A stretch of DNA of 64,000 nucleotides, taken from Geosiphon pyriformis uo1 (Eukaryota; Fungi; Glomeromycota). Made by a program: the position numbers and the translations under genes. Below the pieces are notes generated by a model. The model was given only the letters and a program-made list of their open reading frames with translations. It was not told where the DNA came from and did no database searches. The stretch is from contig JAAOMT010000326.1 of the NCBI GenBank assembly GCA_016748015.1, positions 42,430-106,429 on the forward strand, written 5' to 3'. Below are positions 43,699 to 53,149 of this stretch, in pieces. Positions within the stretch are counted from its first letter, which is position 1. The number at the start of each line of letters is the position of its first letter.

Positions 43699-43819
43699 AT
43701 AGTCTTAACTTTTGAGCTCTTAAGTGTTTGGTTGGTGTTTTTCTCATCAAAGATAGCCCTATTACTATAATCAAAACTGGTTTCCTTAATCAAATACTCC
43801 TTTTTCATGTCCACATTAT
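43699..43819 (-). pseudogene. LINE copy 2 ORF1, continuation beyond C; runs into gap 43820-44788
   Basis: Homologous to 61545-61660 and continues the ORF1 sequence cut at 13637. Confidence 0.82.
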
Positions 43820-45277
43820 NNNNNNNNNNNNNNNNNNNNNNNNNNNNNNNNNNNNNNNNNNNNNNNNNNNNNNNNNNNNNNNNNNNNNNNNNNNNNNNNN
43901 NNNNNNNNNNNNNNNNNNNNNNNNNNNNNNNNNNNNNNNNNNNNNNNNNNNNNNNNNNNNNNNNNNNNNNNNNNNNNNNNNNNNNNNNNNNNNNNNNNNN
44001 NNNNNNNNNNNNNNNNNNNNNNNNNNNNNNNNNNNNNNNNNNNNNNNNNNNNNNNNNNNNNNNNNNNNNNNNNNNNNNNNNNNNNNNNNNNNNNNNNNNN
44101 NNNNNNNNNNNNNNNNNNNNNNNNNNNNNNNNNNNNNNNNNNNNNNNNNNNNNNNNNNNNNNNNNNNNNNNNNNNNNNNNNNNNNNNNNNNNNNNNNNNN
44201 NNNNNNNNNNNNNNNNNNNNNNNNNNNNNNNNNNNNNNNNNNNNNNNNNNNNNNNNNNNNNNNNNNNNNNNNNNNNNNNNNNNNNNNNNNNNNNNNNNNN
44301 NNNNNNNNNNNNNNNNNNNNNNNNNNNNNNNNNNNNNNNNNNNNNNNNNNNNNNNNNNNNNNNNNNNNNNNNNNNNNNNNNNNNNNNNNNNNNNNNNNNN
44401 NNNNNNNNNNNNNNNNNNNNNNNNNNNNNNNNNNNNNNNNNNNNNNNNNNNNNNNNNNNNNNNNNNNNNNNNNNNNNNNNNNNNNNNNNNNNNNNNNNNN
44501 NNNNNNNNNNNNNNNNNNNNNNNNNNNNNNNNNNNNNNNNNNNNNNNNNNNNNNNNNNNNNNNNNNNNNNNNNNNNNNNNNNNNNNNNNNNNNNNNNNNN
44601 NNNNNNNNNNNNNNNNNNNNNNNNNNNNNNNNNNNNNNNNNNNNNNNNNNNNNNNNNNNNNNNNNNNNNNNNNNNNNNNNNNNNNNNNNNNNNNNNNNNN
44701 NNNNNNNNNNNNNNNNNNNNNNNNNNNNNNNNNNNNNNNNNNNNNNNNNNNNNNNNNNNNNNNNNNNNNNNNNNNNNNNNNNNNNNNNTATATAAAATTT
44801 TTATTAATTAAAAAATTTTTTTAAAAATATTTATGAAATTTTTTTGAAAATTATAACTTAATTTAAATATATTTTTTGTTTTTCAAGATTATTATTTATT
44901 TGGATTTTTTTATTTTTAATTAATGTTAAAAAATAATATAAATCTAATAATTTTTTAACAATTTTTAACAAATTAATATTTAAAATAAAATTTTTTTAAT
45001 AAAAACTTTTAGATTTAATTATTTAAAATTTAAAGCAATAAAATATAAAATAAAAAACTATTATTTTATTTGTATTTATTTTTTTAGTCTTAAAATATTT
45101 AATTAAAAATATAAAAAAATTTTACTTTTATTATTTGTTTTTTTTTTGTTTTTTTTTGCATTTAATGAGTAAAGTCTAGATACTGCCTAGTACTATATAT
45201 TACATTAATAATTTAAACTAGGTGCGAATCATGTATTTGCTATACATGACCAGCCACTCAGGCCAATTAAGACAACA

Positions 45278-47323
45278 TTAGATATTTATATGAATAGAAA
45301 TCATGTCCCCAATACCTAAAAAAAACAAACAAGACTTACAAAACCCAAAACTAATACCAAATACATTGACAATACCCAATAACCTAATCACACCAACTAA
45401 AAGTACTACAGGAAAACCAGAAACTAAGACAGAAACAGAATCATCATGTAGAATTAAGTCACTCTTTTCCATAATAGTTCAGTATTTGACACGCACTAGC
45501 CAAATATTATTCCAGAACACAAGACAAAATTTGTGCACAAAAAACACAATATTCTGAACTACAACTTTAGGATCCTTAAAAACAGAAACAGATTCATGAT
45601 ATCACTTATTGAAAACAAAGCCTTTATACAGAATTGTACCAACAACAATATTGAAAATACAAGTAGACAACAATTGCAAGACACAAAAAGAAGAGCAAAA
45701 TAAACCCAAGCATACCTCCCAAGCAAATGTATGAATTTCTATCAACTGAGCATAACCAGCAACATCAAAAGAGCAAGAAAAAACATAGTCTAAAACCTTA
45801 ACATTACTGCAGAACAAATATATCACATTGGGGTAACACTTATTATAAAGTTGTTTATATACTACAACAAGAAGATGATGATGCAATGTTTTCATAAAAT
45901 ATGACTGAAAGCCAGTAGTGCATATATTGGTAAAACCAGCAGCCAAGTAAGAATCAGAATGCTACACCAACAGAGATCTGAACCAATCAATATCAGCACA
46001 CAGGCTATCTATCATGATCTGAGAACCAGAACCAATTTTCCAATATACATAGTGAATAGATCAAAAAATACCACAAACAAAATATCTAGAATTACTGGAA
46101 ACTATCATATTATTGGCTTTAAGAAAATGTTTACTGACCATATGAGATAGACGCTTATCGAAGAAAGCATCAGCATGCTTATTGCTAAAGACACCAGAGT
46201 AATTTTTAATTTTAATTTAATTAACATCCAAATTTTTACAACAAATAACATTAGCAATATGGCAACATTTAACTCAACACTGATTTTTGAAATCCAGACA
46301 AGCCAACACAAACTCTGATTTGTATGCATCCAAAGCAATCTGGCTGTCTGAAAATAAGTCAGCAGAATAAGAAAAAGAAATACACTTGAGAGCCAGAGCA
46401 ATGGCCTGCAACTCTGCCATCATAGAAAAAACCAAACCAAAAACTCTCACACCCAGACCCAAATCAATGTCTTCAAAAAAAACAGCAGCACCAGCCACCA
46501 TATCAGAAGTTCCCAGACCACTCAGAGATTCATCCATATATACAGAAAGACAAGCAGTATTAACATACAATAAATTAACCCCAACAACACCAAATTCATA
46601 AGACTAAAGAATATCAGAAGAGAAACAACCATTCAAAAATGAGGGACAAGCAAAAAGAGAAACTTTACTACCAAGAAAACAAACAGAAAGCTCAAACCAA
46701 ACAAAAACAAGGCCATAAGAGTCCAATTACTTCCACTGCTTGAAGATTGTCCAACTGAAAACAGCACCATGCTTGTCATACAGCTGGTTTACAAAAGTAA
46801 CTTCATAATGTTGAAAAGAAGAGACATATTTAAAATAATTAGTTTTGCCAAGAACAAAAGACATAGGAATACCACTCCAAAAATAAAAAACACTGGCCAG
46901 AGAGCCATTCAAAGACAAATTACATCCAGAAAAAATGCAGACCATATCAGCCAAAAAATTGTCTAAGAGGTTAACTCTTACACAAGCCGGAAATTGCAGA
47001 AGGTGGTGAAAATACCAGCTAAAAACCTGGAGATTATAAGACTTGTGAGAAAATAACTGGCCCAAAATACTCAATAAATTCACAAAAAAAACAAAGAATG
47101 CTGACTTGCTTTCAGTCTGAATTTGTTCAAAAGTCTTTAAACCATACAAGGAAGGTTGATAGATTGTATCAGTAAAAAAATCAAGTAGGAGACCAAATCT
47201 AGACTTCAAGTCTTTGCAAATCAGAGCATCTTATTTACTACAAATACTAACAAGAACAAAACTGAATTGAATTTTATAATTGACAATAGGAAAAAAACTG
47301 CTGACACCAAATATGTAAACTGT
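45278..47323 (-). pseudogene. LINE copy 3 ORF2, C-terminal part (RT thumb, RNase H, Cys motif)
   Basis: SVYMDESL..GAAVFF..MAELQAIALAL..FSDSQ.ALD (46274-46570); YLFCSNVKVLDYVFSC (45602-45946). Confidence 0.9.
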
Positions 47324-48165
47324 TGTTACTCATAGAAATATAGGGAATAGAGATTAGCATAGCCAATCAGAAGTAGACATAGTAAAATGTGGAATTCCAA
47401 GATTCTTTTCAAGAATTACAAGATTCCAGAAATTACAGAATTCTCACAAGGAATCACAGGATTACAGAATTCCAGGATTCTTCTCAAAGGAATTGCAGGA
47501 TTCCTGTTGTGGAGAATTGAGGAATTGAGGAATCTCAATTATATATATATAGCAGTAGGATTAGAAGCTGAAAAGACAGACCTCTCAGTTTAAATTTAAT
47601 CTAAGCAATTCTCCAAATCACAATCATCTAATAAATAACTATTTGTTATCTCAAATCCATTTCCACTATTAACACTTCATGTTAATAGTAATTGACACTT
47701 AACCATACTGGAACAATAGCTCTTAATCATGGCTATTGATGAAATACTAACTTGCAAATTGCCTTGGCTTATTTCTTTTCTTTCTTTATTTTCTTTTCTT
47801 TTTTTATTTTCTTGCTTTGATTTTATTGTTGTTTACTAACTCTATTAAAGATTAATGCACGGGGCATTGACGTCAGGATAAATGTGACTGGTAAAAGACC
47901 CAGAAATAAGAGTAGAACACTCGATTAAGGATAGCTTACCAGGAGGAATACCGGCCATCAAGCTGAAAAAAAAATTGATGAAACTGTGGTTTTGGAAAGC
48001 TACGAATAAAACTATCACCATTGAATCTCTGTCTATTATACAAAGAACTCAACCAAAACCTTCAAATAACAATACCTTCAGATATTACCAACAATATTAT
48101 ATTAATTGAGCACCAAGTTACAGGTTTGTTATTTGATTTGAGATCCCAAATAATCAATTATAACA
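47324..48165 (+). repeat. 5' LTR of G
   Basis: TGTTACT...TATAACA; U3 tandem repeats ~47390-47540; TATATATA ~47540-47551. Confidence 0.97.
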
Positions 48166-48167
48166 TT

Positions 48168-48185
48168 TGGTGCTCCCTGTAAGGT
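48168..48185 (+). promoter_or_regulatory. Primer binding site TGGTGCTCCCTGTAAGGT
   Basis: 2 nt after the LTR and starting TGG; equivalents in A, C, D and E. Complement fits a tRNA ending ...GGAGCACCA (elongator Met or Ile-UAU type; inference). Confidence 0.85.
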
Positions 48186-48226
48186 ATAATCTTACAGAAA
48201 ACCAGTACCAACAACTCCATCCAAAA

Positions 48227-50520
48227 GTGGCAGAATCAGAAAATATAGGAGCAAACCATTTAGGATTTGTGAAATCCTTATTTCAACACTATTGTCAGCA
48301 CTTGGGGTTAAACCACAATCATATATCTGCCAAATCAGCCTTTAATTTCTACGTTAACAAAAAAATTTTTTTTTTGTTAGGAACACCAGTAAATACTAAA
48401 GCAGCAAGGGAAACTTTCTACAGAGAATTAATTCAAAACACCAACCTATCAACAAATCATAATTTCGCATTCATTATTACTGAGATCAACAAAAAAATTG
48501 AACATCACATCCAACAAAGGTATCCAATTACATACACTAATAAAGGCAAAGGAAAACTACAAACACCAGCAGTAACTTCCAGAAAGATACAACTACCTAC
48601 TTGGAAGAAGACAAAAATTAAATCACCAACCAATCCATCTTATTACTATACACCCGGAAGCACCATCAACATTGTATTAACAGATGTGTTCACATTAAAC
48701 ATGACATCAGTATTTGGACAATTCCCATTCCAAAGTAAACAAAGAAAAACAGAATTATTAGGACCATACAGTAAATACTTCAAAAGATTTAAATCGTGAT
48801 CACCAACACCATCAGGAATTCAATCACTGCCGTCTCAACCAGACTTTGAAACTGCTACCCTGCGGGAACTATTGGAAGAAGAAGAGGAAGAAGAATCAGA
48901 AGATCAGGAATTTACTTACCAAAACCTGATCCTTGAAAACCCAGAATTTGGAACCCCAAACATTTAAACTCAGCGAGAAAATCCAGAAATTGAAACTCTG
49001 AATATTCAAGCACTGCAAAATCAAAACCCTGAAGTAATTAATCAATACTTACCACCAGTTATTATTATCAATCAACCACCAGTGGAACCAATTGGCCAGC
49101 CCATCCAAATACCGAACCAATAAAATCAACAACCACCCCCAGTACTATCTTAACAACAACTACAACTTCTACCACAGCAACAACAACAAATGGCATATGC
49201 ACCAATTGCAAAGCTCGACAAATTCACCGGCGAAGAAGACAATGCACAAGTTTGGCTAAATAATGTAAAAAAAGCCATTGCAGCCAATGGATGGAATGAC
49301 GCCAGAGCCATGCAAGCCATACCCTATTTTCTCAAGGATACAGTGGACTCATAGTATCAAAGTCTGGTTAACAAACCCCAAGATTTCAATGTCTTCAAAC
49401 TAGAATTTTTGAGATACTTTAGTAATAACAACAGCATCAACAGATTAGCCAACACTTTTACTACAATTAAACAAGAAGAAACTGAAGCAGTTACCACATA
49501 TCTGAGATGCTTCTATAGGAATCTGTGACAAATCCAAGCAATTAATGCTAATTATTTCACAGCACTATGCCCATTGCATCCAGCCACTCTTTAGGATGCA
49601 GTCACACACGCCAGAGATTTTGAATCTGCTGAATTAAAAGCCAATCATGCTCACGTCATGAACCTAATGATGAATAAATCATCTGAATTGGATTCTAAAT
49701 TGAAACAATTCAGTGATTCAATTAATCAGAAATTAGAGAGATACTTAGCTAACAATTGTAAAATTTATTAACCACCACAATGATGCAATAATTCAGGAAA
49801 CGCAAATCATTTCCAAAATCAGTCGTGTTTATCATTATCATCAGCAGCACCTAATTAGCAGTGGCAGCCAGAAACGCGTGTTTGCCACAACTGTAGTAAA
49901 CAAGGACACATAAGAGCAGACTGCAGATTTTATAGCAACAATTTATGATCGGGAAATCAATATCAAAATCCTGATCGCAGATTTCAAACTCCAAATTGTT
50001 ATCCAAATCAAGATCAAACTACTTACCTACCAATGATGCAGTCACAAATCTATTAACCATCAGTATATCAAACTCCAGTCTATCAAACACCCGCAATTTA
50101 TCAATTACAACCACAAGTAATTTATCAGCCGCAACCTCAAGTCATTTATCAATCCCAACCACAAATTCAAACACAGCCACAAAACTTGCCTCAAAATGGA
50201 ATCCAAAGGCTAAAAATGATACAACAAAACTGGCAATTGGTGATGGTAGTCCACCAACTGATCCCCAGTTCGTCAAATCAGTAAATAGGATCTCGTCAGG
50301 GGAATTTGGGTACTGGTGCCACCCAAAACCCGAATTTCCAGAACTATTTAAGTTTCCTGGTCATCCCAAAAGATGTTCAACCCAATGACCTGGAAACCAA
50401 CTTCCAATTAACACTTACCAGCAATATCCTACCAGCCACCATCACAGAAGACAAGTCACTTGCAGCCATATTTCCATTTGAAATTAAAGAACCATCAGAA
50501 GTTCCTTTGTTTAGTGGAAT
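48227..50520 (+). pseudogene. gag: G gag: N-terminal extension, capsid, CCHC knuckle, Q/P/Y-rich linker; in frame with pol
   Basis: ORF 48167-48799; MAYAPIAKLDKFTGEED from ATG 49190; CHNCSKQGHIRADC ~49882-49924; reads in frame into ORF 50306. Confidence 0.92.
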
Positions 50521-50539
50521 CACTATTGAGGAAAAACCC

Positions 50540-50880
50540 ATCATGGCGATGTACACCAATGCCAAAATTGATGGCCATTCCATCAAGCTTATTCTGAATA
50601 GTGGGTCAGCAGACAGCATTATCACACGACAACTCATAGACCAATTAGATTGTCGAATTGATTGTGCTGCCAGCACCAGAATCATAACAGCCAATGGAGC
50701 AATCAAAACTCCCATTGGCGAAATTGATGATCTACCCATTGAAATTAATGGCATTACTGTATCAATCAAGGTACTAGTAATGGAAGCAACACAGTACCAA
50801 GCTCTCGTTAACAACAACTGGTTGTCCAAAACCAACACAATGCTCAACTGGAACATACAGGAACTCCAACTTAGCCAAAA
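50540..50880 (+). pseudogene. G aspartic protease
   Basis: LILNSGSADSII (DSG eroded to NSG), ITANG, ALVNNNWL (ancestral LVGNDWL). Confidence 0.92.
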
Positions 50881-51289
50881 TGACCAACACACGCAAGTAC
50901 CGGCCACATGTGGCCATTTCAAACCAAACAATGTCACATCATTAATGCTGCTTATTGATTTTGAGGAGGAAAAACCAAAGCCTACTTGGGAGGCGTACCA
51001 AGTATTGTGGGCCAATATTGAGCACAATGAGCTACCACTAATTCTAGACTGGGAAGAAAAGAACAATAAAAAAGGAAAAGAAATAGAAACAGAAGAACAT
51101 ACCTGGGAAACCACTATTAATGCCTGGAACAACAACAATGAAAGTAAAGCAATGTCAACCAACTGGGAAGAAAAAGGGAAAGGAAAGGAGAAAGAAGAAG
51201 ACTTACCTGAAAAAGCCAACGAAGCCACAGAGAAAATAACCAGTGGCTAAGAAAGAAAATACTTATGGGAGCCAGTGAAGAAGCCACCT

Positions 51290-51945
51290 TACATTCCCTT
51301 AAAATATCAGAACTGTAAGAAGAAACTTTCTTCCATGGAAGCATGGATTGCGCTAGACGAAGACTATTGGATGCGAACTCACTACTACTGCAAACCATGC
51401 CATAGAGAACGCTATGATTACCCAAAACAACAAAGCAAGTGGGACAATGAACCATATCTTGCTTGTGGTCAACAGTTACTCAATGAAGAAATGTGGAACA
51501 ACATTCCTGGTCAAGGAGGAATGTGCAACACTTCATGCCAATACACGATCCTCATCAGTGATTAGGTGAGTTGCGGCATGCCCATAACAGCCACCTGGCA
51601 CCAAGCAATCTCTTGCTTAGAAGGTTACTCACATGATGAAGACAAAATCTGGTGAATGGCCAATGCCAAAGTAGAAAGTGCTTCACCCAGTGAAATTCTG
51701 GAAATCAAGAACAACCTTTCAGAACCAACAAACATTGTTTTGGTTCTCAACCTGGATGCCTTTCTCAACTTAGAAAACAGCCCAGAAGAATTTTATCAAC
51801 ACTATCAGAACTTAGCACCCACCAGAAAAGAGCAGGAACAAAGATTGGAAGAAATAAACACCTGACTATGTGATCATTGTTTGATCCTATGTAACTTTTA
51901 GTATTGCAATGAGTGTGACCTCATTTACAATCCACCACCATGCAT
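51290..51945 (+). pseudogene. G Cys-rich putative Zn-binding domain inside Pol
   Basis: YYCKPCH, LACG, MCNTSCQY, LCDHCLILCNF*YCNECDL; conserved in C, D and E. Confidence 0.7.
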
Positions 51946-52169
51946 GATCTACATGATCCCTGAAGAGGAAAAACCAATTAGCAGCTGTGCATCGGAATCA
52001 GAATCGATTTTCAATTCTGATTCAAACTCTGACAAGGATGATAATGAAAACACCAGTTCCAGCTCTGTTCAAAATAGAATTAACAATAACAATGATTCCA
52101 ACTTAGATTTAAACTTCAATTTAAACTACAAACAATATATCGTGATCTCCGACCTTACCAAGAAACAGA

Positions 52170-52600
52170 AACTTAAATGGTTCAACAATAACAATAAAGG
52201 TATTATATCAGAACATGTACATGATATGGATGCTGGATTTGATCTGAGATATCCCAGAAAAGAGGCCATTAAATTGGAACCACATTTGTGCATCTACATT
52301 GATCTGAAAGTAGCTTTAGAAATTTCAGCAACAACAATGATTCAACTAGCATCTAGGAGTAGTTTAGCAAAAAGAGGGATAAACATCAGAGGAGGAATAA
52401 TTAACACAGGATACGTAGGAAATATCATTGCTATGCTACAAAATGATTCAAAAAAGGCCTATATTATAAAGCCAAATAAAAAGATAGCACAAGCAATATT
52501 CCTGTCTCTAGTGAAAATAGCTCAGTTAGTGTCAGTGGGAAATAGAGAAGAATTAGGGATAACAGCTAAAAGAATACAGGGATTTGGATCAATGGGTAGA
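52170..52600 (+). pseudogene. dut: G dUTPase domain inside Pol
   Basis: All five trimeric dUTPase motifs: DAGFDL, ASRSSLA, GGIINTGYVGNI (D>N), KIAQ, RIQGFGSMG. Confidence 0.93.
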
Positions 52601-53149
52601 ATAGATATACCAGTTAATATGGCGGAAGAAGAAATTGTTAGCCAAAGAGAATTTATCTCAACCAGTCAAGCAATTTTTATTCCACCATATGACCAATACA
52701 TAGTAGAAATAGAGAGGAAGATGAAGGATCAAAACCAAATTTTTGAAGCAGAGACAAGTCTTTACGAGTCAGGAGAGATTGGACTTATCAATCTTTACAT
52801 ACCAGCCAAAAAGTATAGCCACATAAAAATTCCCATCTACAATAACACTGGAAGTGTTGTCCAGATACTAGAAGAAACTACCATTGGATATTTGACTACA
52901 GAAATAGAAGATTAACCACCAAGCACCATTCTAGACTTTCCACAGCTTTGTGGATATGTTAATATTACATCACAAACAATATATGGATGAAGCGAATGTT
53001 ATTTGCTCCAACCAGAACAATTGGAACAAATAAACATGGAAAACTTAGATCCACTCCAATGTATGCAGCTCAAGATATTGCTCAACCAGTTCAACGACAT
53101 CTTTGCCAGTGAAAATAAGTTTGGCCGAACTGATATCATTCAGCATCAA

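Noticed and set aside
45158-45185. Eroded hammerhead ribozyme core (TTAATGAG from CTGATGAG)
   Set aside because: No GAAA after the stem and it is on the non-transcript strand; a simple hairpin explains it.
49996-50388. Ser/Thr/Asn-rich ORFs here and at 16662-17075
   Set aside because: Alternate-frame reading of the CAA/CCA-rich Gag linker.
50377-51228. 283-aa antisense ORF
   Set aside because: Shadow of the protease region; not kept at this length in C, D or E.
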